Shown: piece after piece, positions 16,701-32,314 of the stretch
How positions within the stretch are numbered: position 1 is the first letter of the stretch
Layout of the letters: every line of letters begins with the position of its first letter
Origin: Eledone cirrhosa
Lineage: Eukaryota
Direction of reading: 5' to 3'
Length of the DNA stretch: 64,000 nucleotides
Assembly (NCBI GenBank): GCA_964016885.1
Contig: OZ024746.1
Location: 89,280,001-89,344,000, forward strand
Program-made: the position numbers and the translations under genes
The notes under the pieces: model-generated
Seen by the model: only the letters and a program-made list of their open reading frames with translations
Told to the model about the DNA's origin: nothing
Database searches by the model: none

Positions 16701-18084
16701 TGTTATGCTGTCCAGATTTTCAGTAATGATAGTCACTAGAACAGTGGCATTTATTTGCGTAATCAATTTAGCATTAATCAATCGAGTGAGATGAGGCATT
16801 ATATAATCAGACCAAGGATTGGGACCGTCTTACTATATTAGAAATCAATATTCTTCGCATATTGCGAGGGTGGAACATAATAGAAACAGTACATTTTCTA
16901 TCAAAATCCCTTTCAGTATTTCATTATATCACATTGTACACGCTCTAATTTATAGTTTCACCTCGCAGTCATAAATCTACATTTCAATCCCATTGGATAA
17001 AACTTTGTGCAAGTCGCTTACCGTACACAAGGTTTGTGAGTGGAATTGAACGAATAAGCACATTCAGAGGAGCAGTGGTAAATTTCTAGAGGCGATGGAG
17101 AAAAGGATTACACCGTTAGCTCCTACGAAACCTCGCACAACCCAGTGATGTAGCTATGACGAAGCAAGGCCGCCTCTAAAAATGCTTAGCCTTCGTGGGT
17201 CTGAGAAAAGTACCAAAGCATGTTCTGCTTCAGCTGTTAAATTGTGTGGGCGAAGCGCCTATGTGTCGCTGGGTGGCATGAAGATCCTTTGGTTCAATCA
17301 AATGCTCAAAGGTCCTATCCAAGCATAGAAGGACGTTTACAAAGCTAGATAAGTAAATTAGAAATTATAGAGGAATATCCTTGTTAAGCCTACCCGGTAA
17401 AGTCTATTCTAAGAGTCTGGCAAAGATATGTATCGATATTTCCGCGTCCAAGGTAGCTGGAGTACAGTGAGATTTTCACGTCGATTGCCGTCGAACTAAA
17501 TGAGTAGCATATTCAATTACATCTCTCTAAATCCTATCTTCAAATCTCAGAACTAAATTTGCTTTCTTCTGTCCAGGGTTGACAAGCAAATGCCAAGACT
17601 AAAACTAGGGTATAATTGATTGTGAACATTTACAAATTGTATAATCTTGTGTCAGCGCTGAAAATAAATATTTTCAAATATTGAGAGGGTGGTGAATGAC
17701 GCCTTAACCCCCCCCCCCACACAAGAAAAAAAACCCATCGAATTATTACATGCCCTTTGTTTGTTTACACTCTGCTTGAGGAATGTGGGCCAGGACCTCT
17801 AAAACTTTTAATGTCTTCAAGACTTGCTAGGGGGAGGACCGAATGCATTGTTAAACTGGGGACGGGGTCCGAAACCTTCAGCAAAATGGATTCTTCTAAC
17901 GGCACTCTGAGGCTAGGTTGAGCTGTGAAACAGGCCGATGGATTAAGTCCACCATTCACGTGTGTCGAACTCGGAATATAAAACGTTGGAACAAATACCG
18001 CAAAATATCTTCCTTGTAATTCATCGACCTCGACAGGATAACATAACATGTGCAGTATTAACTACTGCTCGAATTCCATATCAG

Positions 18085-18480
18085 TGGCCCAAACTATCAT
18101 ATGGCACCAATTTAGTTCTATTCTTTTCTTGATTCCGCCCAATTTCTTTCAATGTTGCCGAGAATAATTTGATTATATCAATTTCTAATCGACTTGGGAG
18201 TCTTCCCAACAATCTCTTACGATCACTTGGTATCACTTGGATATCGTTCGATGATTGGACGAGCCAAATTTCTCGTTTCAATAATCTGCTATCACAACGT
18301 TCATTCCAATTTCGCATTGCTTTCTTTCGGATATATTCCCGCGATGATATTCCTAGCATGGACTTTTCCATAGCCATCCATCGTAGCCAATGGTTTTTCG
18401 TCTTTCTTCGAAGTAACCTTCGTCTAGCGTATTGAACATCCAGATACCAGGTGCATCGTCTTGTTCCGTTGTATATTGAA
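18085..18480 (-). mobile_element. Old RTE 3' fragment
   Basis: AMEKSMLGIS.REYIR matches AMERSMLGISLKEHIR of the 13505-14287 ORF; R.LGR...R motif. Confidence 0.7.
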
Positions 18481-21146
18481 TACTACTTTAATATAGACAT
18501 ACTAATATATATATAAACTACTACATTGAATCTAGCACTAGAGTACAACTTAATTTCTCGGCTCCGAAATAATGAAAGGAAACAGCTTGATTAATTGATT
18601 TTAACTACTGAATATATCAATATTTATTATATGACTAAGAAGATAGATTCTGTCCATTACGTAATTGACATATTTGCGTGTGGACACATCGTTATATCGC
18701 AGGTTCGATCTCACTACGTTGTATCTTAGGAAAGTGTAATTTATATTAGGCTGTAGAACTGAGTTTGGCTAGAGGGAAACTGGATCACTCTCGACCTATC
18801 TAAGAGTTATGGTAAAGATAACGTGTCAATGTAATTATTGGCACATTACACGTTAATTTCCCGAGCATGCTGCTCCGTTGATCAAATATCGCCAAAACCG
18901 ATGCAGACACATCAATATCTCATATCTGGAGTTCTGAGTGATACAATACAAATAGGAGAGGTATATGTAAAACACACAACACACATGAACATAGTCATAG
19001 CACACCGATTGCCTGAATAATTTTGTCACAGCCATTAAATATTTTACGTAGTGGAGATAAAGATTTATTTGGACAAGTCGATGTGTCTCGCAATTATGTA
19101 TGTGTATACATACATACTTACATACACACATACACTACGTCAGATATTCTACATCTCCCCACACCTCTCCAGACCAGCTTATGTTGAATACAGTTTCATT
19201 TCTTATGTTTTATTGATTTATTTGAAATAATCTAATAGCATATAATTATATGATCAATATTACAGGATAAGAAATTCTTAATATTCTATAGTATATATTA
19301 AAATATAAATCAGCTGCCACATATATTTCAACGAATATTTTAAATTATATATTATCAAATTTATAGAGAAAATATTTCCTAAAGAATTAAAATTAATATC
19401 TGTAGTGTATTGTTTTCAATCTAGTTTGTTTTCTTTTGATTATATGTTCCAAAATATGGGGGCAACAGAACGAAATTGAAATATATATCACGATTTTCAA
19501 GTAGATTAAACTTAACTCTATACCCAAAATATATTTAAATATTCAGAAAATGCCTATATTGTGAAGGTGTAATGTAGAAAGCTTGTTTTATATTTCATGC
19601 TGTCAAAATGTTATTTGTATTACTTATATCTTAGAATAACTTCCTTGGCTTTTCTGATTCGATGTGCTGGTATTTATTCTCCAGATATCTTAGATATTGC
19701 AGAAAGCTAACAAATACGTTTGGTAATAATAGTTTTGTTCGTTTGATATATGGTAGTGCAAACCAATGACAGGGTTTACTTATTACAGTGTGAGCTATAT
19801 AAACATCACTGGAATAAGATACATTATCGTATTTGGTTTTTGAATCTGACCGATCTGCTCTGAATCAGTTGCTTGTAAGTATATAAGTATCTTGGCGAAA
19901 AGATGCTTATAAATATATATGCATCTTGTCTGAATTTTATCTTTGCACGAGTAAGGTGGATTAGAGATCAACTACACATGTAATTACACAAATATGTTTT
20001 CCAACATATATTTAACTAGTTGAAATTACCATGTTCCAAAGTCCACTGATTGCACTATACGATGATAAACCATGTTGGTATAAATGAATGGATATTGAAT
20101 CTAAGCCAGGAGATAAAAGACGAGTAGACTGGAAATTAGCGGGAAGCTTTCAAACGAACACAATATAAATATAAAAAAAACATAGTGTATGCTTTACGAA
20201 AGCAGATTTCCATGGAATCTAGCACTACATAAATATTATGTATAGTTACGGATCAGTTGCTTTTCCTATATAGGTTTCATACACTTTTACGAGATTTCAC
20301 CAAAGAGGATGATCAGTTGTAACTAACGCAGTAATATTTCTAGAAGTCAAAGAACAGCTATGAAAATATCATTTGGATAATTCCACCAAAAATAACAACT
20401 CCTTGTTATGCCCCAAAGTTGCTTATTCTATTTGTCAGTCACTTCCCCTGTCTGTCTCCTTCCACACATACACATATATAATTGTATGTATGCATATTTT
20501 TATATTTATTCGTATATATATATATATATATATATAGAATAAGAAAATGCAAAGTTGTTTCAAATGTTAAATTCCTTTAATGATAATGCTGTGATACATA
20601 TTTCAATGACAACAGTGGACCCACTCTTCGGTGTGCCCAGTGCCGTGACATCATCAGACAGCTTCTTACATAATAAGGTTATGTTCGCGAGGTAATCCAA
20701 ATTGAATCGACAAGGCAACGGACAAAGCAGATGTTCTAAAACCCCTCGTCCGTTCCCTTGTGAGTCCCAATTTACCCCCACCGGTTTGCGCAGACGCCAG
20801 TCCGGAGGAAGTTGACCATACACTACCCCAAAACTTTACGAAATTCACCTAGGCAGGTTCCCTCATACCCCAACGAAACAATCACCCCCATCCAGGTCTG
20901 TAATATGAGACGGCTATAGTTTACTGTTAGCCGCCCTGCCAGTAGCGGTTGACCGAAACATAGTGGGGGTGGGAAAGTTTGACTCTCAATAGGTCTCAAT
21001 ACTACCCCTAAATTATGCTTGGACAATAGAATTGGCCATCAGCCTCTAAGAGAATCTAACTTAATTCTAGATATTATGGTTTTACAGTGGAAATTATGAT
21101 TGAAAATTAGAAATTAAAAAATTACAAATTAAAATCTTGATTGAAG

Positions 21147-21181
<35 letters not shown>

Positions 21182-21204
21182 AAAAAAATATATATATAAT
21201 TGTT

Positions 21205-21375
21205 TCTACTTTTTGGCACAAGGCCAGCAATTACTCAGTGCATTACTGGTACTTTATTATTTTATCGACCCCGTAAGGATGAAAGGTAAAGTTAACCTCG
21301 GCGAGATTTGAACTCAGACCATAAAGGGCCGTAACTCTTTGCTGCAAAGCATGGCGTCCGATACTCTCTACCGAC
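21205..21375 (-). mobile_element. SINE copy
   Basis: Reverse complement of the ctgagttcaaat..gaggttaac..ggggtcgataaaat..gtaccag core. Confidence 0.8.
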
Positions 21376-21404
21376 CTACACACACACACACATATATATA
21401 TATA

Positions 21405-21470
21405 TCCCGTTAAGGGTGAAAGCAGCGATTCTTTGCTTAAACTTTAATCTGTTATTTTAATAAATAAATA
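21405..21470 (+). mobile_element. Family B fragment starting at HHR stem II
   Basis: Near-identical to 32389-32450; TA-flanked. Confidence 0.75.
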
Positions 21471-21591
21471 TATATATATATATATATATTGGCATACGCT
21501 ACTTGGCAAATAACTATATGTATCACCTATCCCTTCTTTTTTTTTTTTTTTTTTTTTTTTTTCTCTCTTTCTCGATACGTAAATACTATAT

Positions 21592-21655
<64 letters not shown>

Positions 21656-22181
21656 GTGTGTATAATGGTAGCTATGGTGCTTCCATAGGCGGTATGCCAA
21701 AATTAGCACTCAATATTCATACAGAGCAGAGTGTGGACAATGCTGCTGTATAGGCATGCGCCAATAAGCATGTGGCTGTCGGTATCTGGATGTGGGTGTG
21801 CCTGGGTTTCTGGAAGAGAGGGAGAGTGTGTGCGTGTATATATGTGTATGGGGGTATGTGTGTCTACACATGTATGCGTACATATGTGTATGCATGCATG
21901 TGGGTTTGCCTGCGCGCGTGTGTGTGTATATGTGTGTGTATATATGTGGGTACATACTCTGGAGTGTGAATAGACGTATGAGAGACCGAACCCAGCAGGG
22001 CTCCATTGAAGTGTGTCGGACGGAAAATGGCTGATGACCCGTTTAGCAGTAAATAGTGACCAGAACTTAAGATGACATGGAATAACAACAGCCAATGGCA
22101 TGACAAGAGTGGAATATGTTTTTTGAAGGTGTTTTTTTACGATAACACCCCAGTGAGTAAATTTGCTCCGAACTAACTGCT

Positions 22182-22272
22182 CGTGTCCGAAGGAACCTGC
22201 AGCCGTAGAATCAGCCAGATCCATACAGTGATGATGTCTCGAGCTACCTGACGGCGAAACAATTGTAACACG
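22182..22272 (+). ncRNA. Atypical hammerhead-like motif with extended stem II
   Basis: Stem I cgtgt/acacg; CCGAAGG core variant; gccgt/acggc; GAAA-CAATTG-TA; AATAAA directly downstream. Confidence 0.55.
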
Positions 22273-22406
22273 CAATAAACTGAGTCCGGATGCATCACTG
22301 ATTTTTCGTTTTTTTATACTATATATATATATATATAAATAAGACAGTAATAACAACAATAATAGAAGCATCTAAGTGGACTGCCATAACGATAACCTGT
22401 TATCCC

Positions 22407-22590
<184 letters not shown>

Positions 22591-23559
22591 GCTAATAAAT
22601 AGGGAGATGTTTAAATTATAGTAAGAAGTTTTGAAAGGAGGATCAATATTACAGATATATTATCCATATATTGAACGCTAGTATCGTACAGTAGAACGGA
22701 GGGTAAATTACAGTATGAAACGTAGTAATTAGGCAAATAATTATTGAACAACTTCTTCTTTCAAATGAATCAAAAGAAAAAGTACATATATGCTAAATGA
22801 GAGAGGAGACATGTATGAGAAAAAATATGAGAAAAAAATATACGAGGAAGATAAACTGCATGGAAATGAGAGTATAAGTCGTTAAAATGCTTGTCAATTT
22901 TTGTCCAGGTAAATTTCATATAGAAATTTGTTATCGGATGACGTGAGGGGGTTTCCATTCACTGCTTATGTGAAAATGCAATTTGCTGCAGAAAAATAAG
23001 GGGTTTAACGTTGCTTTTAGCTCCGCTTATTTACCCGGTCGAAAGCTACTTTATAATTTTATTTCCGTCTAGCAGTAGGGATTTCCAGTGTGTGTAATCT
23101 GTCCCATGCTAGAGGGAATTTCCGGGTGTAGCCGATGGCTGGTTCCTCACTTCTTCACTATATCGGTTGCACCGTGGAGCGCTCTACATGCTGGAGCTAA
23201 ACATTGGTTAACATTGTTGCAATTCAATTCGAGCTATCAACGTACTTTTTCTACATAGGGGTTGCAGAGTATATTTAGAATAAGAAAATGCAAAATAGGG
23301 AGCGGACGAAGGATTCAAGAACACCAGCTTTGTCTGTTCCCTTGTCAATTCAATTTGGATCGCTTTGGGAACATGTTTCCATGTAACTCAAGGATATGAT
23401 TTATGAGGTGGAGTTTCTGTATGTATTTAACGAACGATTTGGAAGGCTATGAAAAGGAAGAACTACAAATTATTAATGAAGAGCTTGAAAGAAAACTACT
23501 TTATTTGGAAATATATATTGACAACCAAAACGGAAAATGATAGTTTTTAACCAAAATCT

Positions 23560-24650
23560 CAAATTATTTGCATACAAATCAGATAAAAAGGCTAGAAATG
23601 TTTTCCATCAAATGCGTCAAAGTTATTTTATGTCTTCCATCACTAATAACGCCCGTGTAACATCAATAAAAAATGCAATTGCATTGACAACAAATTCTTT
23701 AATTTAAAATATTATCAGGATGTTAAATGGGCATGGTACGTGCTAAAATCAGTGATCATTATCCAATCCTTTTAGTAATAGTGCAATCTTAAAAATCTTT
23801 CGAAGAAAGTATTGGTTAAAAAGAGGATATTCGCACAAGAAAAAAATCAAATCTTTTCAACAACAAGCTCAAAGAATGTAAGTGGACATCTGTTATTAAC
23901 ACATGTGACTCAAATAGATCTTATGAATGCTTTTTAGCATATTTCGAACGTTTTTATAATCAATATTTTCCTATAAAAGAAAGCAAATGGTGAAAGAAAA
24001 GTCTATTTTGAATAAATGAATGACTGTAGGAGGTTTCCATAGTTCTAAGTCAAAGCAGAGGTTGTATTTTAAATACATAAAAAAATAAAATTCCTGATAA
24101 AGGTCAACAAATATGCTAACGGTTTTAACGCATTAAAAGACAAAGCTAAATATCTCATAGTTCGAACCGAATTGAAAAGCCCATATTATATGTTAAGATC
24201 AAGTGGTCAATCATGAAAACAATAATTTTTAGAAACAATCCTGTTAAAAATAATCCAAATTGCATATCAATAAATGGAGGTACAACAAGTTGAAAGCTGA
24301 GAATATCAGCAAATCATTTACCACTAATGATCAAAATCTCGTCTCAAAAATATCAAGAACAACTTTCTTGAGTCTTTTAAAAAGACGAATCATTTACGGA
24401 TAAGAACTGAATAACACATTCAGTCTAAAGACAAACAGAGAGCCTGGATATAACTCATTGAACACAAACATTGTTAAAATTGCATATCAATAAAAGTCCC
24501 ATTACTACATGTCTTTAATACTTCATTTGCATCTGGAGTATTTCCGAGTAAAATGAAAATACCGCTTTTTGAAGTAGGAGCAAAGACAGAAATTGCTAAT
24601 TACCGATCAATATCAATTTTACCAGTCTGTTCTTGATATATTGAACACAT
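23560..24650 (+). mobile_element. Heavily decayed CR1/L2-like LINE (APE C-terminus to RT N-terminus)
   Basis: Translatable remnants ISDHYPIL (~23748-23772) and GVFPSKMKI..ANYRSISILPV (~24535-24630). Confidence 0.7.
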
Positions 24651-25809
24651 TTCAAAATCTTGTCAATAATACAAACTCACACACCCAATTCTCTATCGAT
24701 TTCAGTCACGACAAATCCTTGTTTTATGTATATTTATAATGAAAAGAAACACAACACTAGACATTGATATATACATATATACATACAGTCACACACACAC
24801 ACACTCACACACACACTCACACACACACATACTCACACACACACTCACGCACACACTCTCTCGCACACACGCTCACACACACAAGCTCGCACGCATACAA
24901 ACTCGCACACACGATCGCACACACATAAGCTTGTACACACACAAACGCGCTCACGCGCACACACACACACATATATATATAAATTCACATTCATGTCTTA
25001 TTTTTGCATTAGGGTAACAAAAGCACACGCGAAACGACATTCCGTGCAAGTAGATCTGAAAATTAATCTCAAACTTTATAACATATAATATATTAGAAGA
25101 AATTGAAAACATACTAATAACGCGTAATTATCTGTATTCGTAATCGATAATATAAAAATTCAATGCAATTTAACACCTGGGAATTTCGAGAAACAAAACA
25201 AGAGAAAAACCATGTATGTAACGTATATTACGATATTTGAAATAACAAAAATGTTAAGATGTTCCCAAATATCCAACTAACCTTACCGTTAATTCTAAAT
25301 GAAATATTTTAGAATATTATCCGATCATGAAACATGAATTCAAGCAAAATCACAAAAAAAAGCATAGTGACAAATGTAAAGGTGCATACCAAAGAGCCTA
25401 ACGTTATTAAATAACAGTTATTAAATACAAGACACACTCTGTATTATTCTGTATATCAAAAGATTCAGGACTCTACATCAAATGGTCTTTAAGATGAAGA
25501 ACATGCGCACGCATGCACACGTACGCACACAAGCACACACACGCACACACACACACACACACACGCATACACACATGCATACACATACGCATACATATAC
25601 ACATAAACACAAGCATATGCATGCACACACACACACGCATACACACATACACACGCACACATACAGACGCACATATACATACACATTAGAAAATATTTAC
25701 TAGGTAAATACGTGTGAATGCGCGTGCGCGGTATGTATCTGTTGATATATATACAAAATGTATGTATGTATGTGTGTCTATATATGTGTAAATGCAGTTA
25801 TTACATACA

Positions 25810-27230
25810 GAATATCTGAAATGTTTCACATTTTTTGTGAAGTCCAGCTTCCCAAGATTTGTATTGGCACAGTTAGTAACACATTCGAGAGCACCAATGA
25901 TCTCAGTTAAAAATCAAAACTTATAATCGGTGTCGACTCGCAGAAGATTCCTCATTAGTTCAGCATAAAAACTCACCTTTCCGCACAATCTTTAGCATTA
26001 TATTGACATTTGCTGGGAAGTTGATTTCCACCATTGAGCACGTCTGGTTTGCTATGTTTGCATTTTATAGGGGTTTTGACTGGAGCATGCCACTAGTAAT
26101 CTTTCATATTATGTATGCATATTTCCTCCACATCACTAAACAAACCTTTCTACCGATTGCATTGTGTAGTGTTTTGGCCACTACATCATGCCTCATATGT
26201 TAATAGTATCGTGATGACGTCTTTGGACAGCTACTTATGCTGTGGATGATATCTGCGATATTTATGCCGCAGAGTCAACATCTGTTGTTACATCTGGGTA
26301 TTGTGCTTGCATCCCTATCTCATTCGGACACCAGGTATTTCGTTTCTCTCCCCTGTTCTTGGATTGCAAAAGCCAATCATTCAGATTGCGAACCAATATA
26401 CCGGTTCAAAATTGACTAATTTGCTTATCTATATTACTCTCACTTTCAAGGGCAGTGGATTGGCAGTATCGGTAGAGCGTCAGACACCATGTTTTGCAGC
26501 ATAGTTATGGCCCTTTGCGTTCTGAGTTCAAATCCACCGAGGTTAACTTTGCTTTCATCCTTACGTAATAAAATAAAGTACCAGTGGTGCACTTGGGTAA
26601 TCGCTGGCCTTGTGCCAAAAGTAGAAACTCTATATTACTCTTACTTTCAGTCTTTCTGGCACTATAGCCATGCACGATGTTTTGTTGATAAACATGCAGC
26701 TTTTTATCCATGGATTGATTAAGGCTGTACAATGTCTCCTGTTGTGCAATTTGCGTCATCACGTAGCTGTATTTCTCAAGGGTTCCTTTACAACTCTCAT
26801 GATGTTATCTCCCTCCTGTAGACAGGCTTGTTGTACATAAGCGCTTCTACGCTTGGTGGTCCGGTGGGATGTCATGACACATTCAAATGATATTTGGATT
26901 GATGTTAAGCCTATGCTTCCCTGTTTTAGATACAGGGGAGTCCAGGTCATTGTTGATGCGGAAATGACCGGTTAGAACTTTTCGGGTGTTTACATTAATG
27001 GCTCTGATATCATATAGTGTCCAGTTAAATATACCAGATGCTGGTGTCAGTTTAGGCAAAGCAAAGCCATTGTGGGCTTCCGATTGTGCCCAAAGTGATT
27101 CGTAGACATGATTTTATTCATTCGGGTTTTATATTTCCTGGGTATTCGTTCCGCGTTGCAAATTCCATCATAATATATATTTTCATGGATGTTCTTCTGG
27201 TTTTATAACATTTACCAATAGAAAGGGAGT
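25810..27230 (-). mobile_element. Decayed R4/Dong-like (restriction-like endonuclease) non-LTR element, C-terminal part
   Basis: Minus-strand remnants LYLKQGSIGLTS, AFAIQEQ..TKY, RC*LC..DIIHSISSCP..RHDVVAK (CCHC + RHD) and IGALE.V. Interrupted by a SINE at 26450-26630. Confidence 0.75.
26450..26630 (+). mobile_element. SINE copy nested in the R4/Dong-like element
   Basis: ggattggcagtatcggtagagcgtc..ctgagttcaaatccaccgaggttaac..ggccttgtgccaaa. Confidence 0.85.
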
Positions 27231-28378
27231 CGGTTTCTAACATAGACACATGCTTCTTTCATTGGAATTTAGATAACATCAACTAGGAAGACATGTCTTC
27301 ATGTCTGCATGCATGCGTGTTTCTGCAGGTGTAGATATTACTGTATGTGTAGTGTATGTTTTGAGTTGTGTGCATGTGCATATGCTTTATGTGTACATGT
27401 GTCCATGCAGTTAGCAGGTGCAGAATTTTTCGAATGTTTTTCATATTTTACTGTTCCATTAATGGATTGTACTTGTAATTTCCTAATTAGTCGTGTTCCT
27501 TTTGTTTCTGCGAAGCTCAGCTTCTCTAGATTTGTACTGAAGCAGTTACTAAGATAATCCAATAATAATCCCAGGTCTAAATCTAAATGTATGTGTATAT
27601 GTCTGTGATTGAGTTTAATTTGGAAATTTGAAATGTAGTTATTCCAACGAAGATTATTATAAGACAAGTCGATCCCTGTATAGTTGAAACAGCTATGTAG
27701 AGGGGAAAATATAATTAGACAGTGGCACGTGCGTGTATTCTCATTGGGGAACAGAAATGCTTTCTTCTAATTTAATGGCAAGTACACTATTTTCTACTAT
27801 GCTTCCATCCATGGAGCTTTAATTTCTGATGGAGTCATAGAGGCAATCACATGACATACATCGTTTCCCATCCCTCTCCAAGTTAGAACACATCTGATCT
27901 TTTCCAGAGAATGAACGATACATCTAATAAGAGAGTGAAATTAAGTTGTGTAAAGGAATTTTGTCGGTAGCACCCAACTGGTATTTACTTATCAATCTTA
28001 GAAAGATAAAAGGCAAGTGTGACTTATGCACGATTTGAACACAGAGCACGGAGAGCAGGAACAAATGTCGAAAAGCATTCGTTCTGACATTTTAACGACT
28101 GTGCCAATTCGTCACCAACTTGTATTCTATATGTCACATTGGTGAGATTCAATCACTTTTGTAATCTTTCTTCTTAAACAATTCAAATAAGGAATTTAAA
28201 ACAACATTATCTTGTATTGTTTTGAACATTGAGTTGAGCTGTACCTAAATAACCAGTCGGTATTTCTCCGCCGCATAACAATATCATTATCTTAGCATCT
28301 AAATAGATAGAAGATGAATTTATGTACAGAGGTTAACGTAAGCAAACATATCCCAAAACATACACAACAAAGATGAAG

Positions 28379-28432
<54 letters not shown>

Positions 28433-29666
28433 ATGAACACACACATACATACGTATGGATGCATTTTGAAAGGCAAATAGATGAACAGAGACATAGAAAG
28501 GAATAATCACATGAGATCTTCAGAATGAGAGATAAAAGGAGGCACAGAATCAGAAGGAAAACGAGAAGTTTTTAGTGCATTAAAAACAAACGCCACTCTG
28601 GAGGAGAATAACAAACGATGAAAAAAAATAAATCCCCAACAATTACGTTAAGAACGAGAAACGACAACTTCTTTATACGATTATCCAAGAAATTTGCCGG
28701 CTTAGTGAATGTGTTATTGAGATGGAATAGAAAAGAAAAAAAGGAAAAACATGAAGCAATAATGGTATGAGTAATATTCATTAATTTCCAATTTGTAATG
28801 TTTTTCTTCTAGTATAGTCTCAAGATACGAGAACATAATTCTAATGAATCTATAATGCATTAGAAATGTTCTGACAAACCATAATACTTTTAATATTTCC
28901 TCATTCTTCATAAGTTATTTACATATGTAGTAATGAAAAACTTCAGTTTGCAATTACTGCAATATTTTCAATTATTAATCAGTCAATATTCTTTATTGTA
29001 AGAGAGACATTCGTTCCTATAGTGCTGTTATTTAATTACTATAAAATATATTGTTTGTCTGCCGTAGCATCACATTAAACATAGTTACCGAGTCGTGCTT
29101 GAACAGGGAGGTTTGATCGAGTTGCCAAAAATAGTAGCCAAAAATAAGCCATCCAGAATTACACACTTTTATTCATACACAAACACATAACACACACACT
29201 TATATATTATAAAGAATCGTGACTAGTTGTTTAAACGGAAAGAGCTCAATGATCGGGTCCTATCTCTTTATAATATAGCCATACTTTGTTGAGAAATCAG
29301 GGGTGTGCAACATATTCCATTGGCGGGCCACTTCTGAACATTGGAACAACTATTACGGCCAGTCTCCGTAAAAAAATATTGAATCTAATGAAAGCCAGTG
29401 AATTGAGTCATAAATACGTTGGGAATACATCTTTAAACAATAAAGTCAAATAAAATATAATTTAGTTTTATTAATGTGAGACTTTTATTAATGTTAGATT
29501 TGGTATGGGCCAACTAACAGAAAATTGTATTACGGTTACGAAAAAAATTCTAAAGAAGCCTACAAGGAAAAAAAAAAATAACAGTCATCGCGGAATGGTA
29601 TGGTCGGGCGGGCCGCATTGTTGCACGCACGTCCAATGTCTAAATAGTTTTAAAGTGAATCTATCG

Positions 29667-30005
<339 letters not shown>

Positions 30006-30649
30006 CATATATATATATATGGGTTTGTATATTACACACACATACAAATAATACGGTACATTTCATTTTTTATTGGTAAAATCAGACGTGTAGATTGAGT
30101 ATGTAACCGTTATATTTAAATATTTGTTTTCTAATCAAGCCTTGTGCGTTGCTTCAGCTACATTACTTATATAATATAATGTAAATATTTCATCTAACTC
30201 GGGGAAACAAACTCATGTCAAACGTCATACCACACAGAAACTGTTTGAAATTAAAACAGTCATCAGACCAGTGATTTTAATGTATTTTAACAAATTATTG
30301 GTTTGCATTCAACGGTTTATCTGCGCATACAGAGGCTGGCATATGGCTAGATTTGAGGTCATTCCTTCAAGGTGTCTCTCATAATAACAAGCCAATCACT
30401 GAATAATTGTATCTTTTCACATTGGTAAACTATTTATAACATACAGAATTTCATATCGGCAGAATTTCAAACCTCTGCGTAAGTGGTCATGACCCACAAC
30501 GACATAATATAATATGATTCAACAGTTATTAAGTGTCTGGTCTGATTAGCACTAGTAGAAAGCCTGTGTAGGTAAATAGTTGGGCCCAAGTGATCATAAA
30601 CACAATGTGTACAATGTGCATATAAACTAAAATGTGTCGGAAGACATGC

Positions 30650-30714
<65 letters not shown>

Positions 30715-30728
30715 TATATATAATATAA

Positions 30729-31435
30729 GATCAAAGATAGTTAAAAGAGTTCCAAGTATTTTATTATGCGCATTTCAAAAACAAATATCATAATGGGATG
30801 ACATCTGCGTTTTCATCAGATAAAATAGGGATACATGATATGAAGCTTAAAAAACATTTGTGAATAGTGAAGTTTTAAGTCATGGTGGGCGTGGAGTGAA
30901 AGTAGGGGGAGGAATGAGAAGGGAGGTGTGTGATGCGGGGGTGGGGTGGGTGCGAAAGGTAGGCAGAGACGGGGAAGGGGAAATCAAACGGAAATAACGT
31001 AAGGAGAGGAGAGTATACACAGGCAATCGTGGACAAAAAATCATAGACAGAAATAAACAAATACAGTAAATAAATCAATCAAAATGTAAGGCAAAGAAAG
31101 GAAACAAACGGGTTGTGGGAAGGTGTGGGGAAAGTTCAGAGAGTGGTCACGGCGGATTAGATCGGGGTTGAGCCGGTAGTCAAGGTGGTATTCCAAGGTG
31201 GTATGGAAGCCGTGGGAGCGTGTATTGTATAGTGATAAATGGAACGGGAACAAAACAGAGAGACAGTAAGAACAAAGGTTTATTAGTTTCACGTCTTGAG
31301 AGTGGGGGGGGGGACGTTTCGGGCATAAGCCCTTCTTCAGGCGAAAATATTTATAGATATATATATATATAAATATTTTCGCCTGAAGAAGGGCTTATGC
31401 CCGAAACGTCCCCCCCCACTCTCAAGAACGTGAAA
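30729..31435 (-). mobile_element. Non-coding element with two different HHR motifs and a terminal palindrome (31287-31435)
   Basis: HHR at 30757-30827; CTGAAGA-a-gggc ttat gccc-GAAAC on both palindrome arms; pyrimidine-rich spacer on the minus strand. Confidence 0.75.
30757..30827 (-). ncRNA. Hammerhead ribozyme
   Basis: Minus strand: tattttat-CTGATGA-long stem II-GAAA-TGCGCA-TA-ataaaata; 8-bp perfect stem I, palindromic stem III. Confidence 0.88.
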
Positions 31436-31448
31436 TATATATATATAT

Positions 31449-31636
31449 ATAGGAACCGGTAAGACCCCGACGGCTGAGCTCAAGCCGTTTCGACGGCTAA
31501 TTCTGGATTAGCTGTCGAAACGGCTTGAGCTCAGCCGTCGGGGTCTTACCGGTTCCTATTACCCACTCTACTACCCCAAATATTGAGTACTTTGGTGCGT
31601 TCTGGTCCACCTGGTTCCTTACCACATTTCCTTCGT
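31449..31636 (+). mobile_element. Family A fold-back element (palindrome 31449-31559)
   Basis: Near-perfect arms; shared tail gagtactttggtgcgttctggtccacctggttccttaccac. Confidence 0.9.
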
Positions 31637-31669
<33 letters not shown>

Positions 31670-32051
31670 TGGTTACACCATGATATAATTCGATAACCTC
31701 AGTTGAAAACGTTAGCTAATAGGTTGGTAGAGTATAGGCATATTATATATAGAAATGACTTCTATAGGACTAGGTCTGTTTCCTTCGTATGAGATCATTT
31801 TGAATGAATCAGTTCAAATCTTGCAGAAATAATTTAGTAATCTCTCTCTGTATGTATGTGTGTGTATGATTTCTCACGAATGAAACAGTTCTAGTCTTGT
31901 AGAAGCTATTCTATATTAAAACATATATACTCTACTATGTATTGAGTACCATACTTACTGTGGTTACCTCCGATTCAACCCGGAATAACTTATCTTATAT
32001 ATATATACGATGATATTAAATAAATGAAAACTATATTTATAAAACGATATT

Positions 32052-32112
32052 TATTCTATTATATATATTTCAAGGGTACCAAAACTTTGGTACGCTCTCA
32101 TCAGATAAAATA
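32052..32112 (-). ncRNA. Hammerhead ribozyme (family E) in inverted element 32008-32270
   Basis: Minus strand: tattttat-CTGATGA-gagcgtaccaa agtt ttggtaccctt-GAAA-TATATA-TA-atagaata. Confidence 0.9.
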
Positions 32113-32314
32113 CAAAGTTTGTTTTATAAATATTGACATACCCAGGAAGACGAACTTAACGGTTCAAGTTTTTCCTGGATATATTTATTTAATATCATTG
32201 AATATTATACTCCAGAAAACTGTCGAGTGCTTTGAATCAGTTATAATCATAAAAATGTTTATAACTGTTGTATATATATGTATATATATATATATATATG
32301 TATATATATTTATT

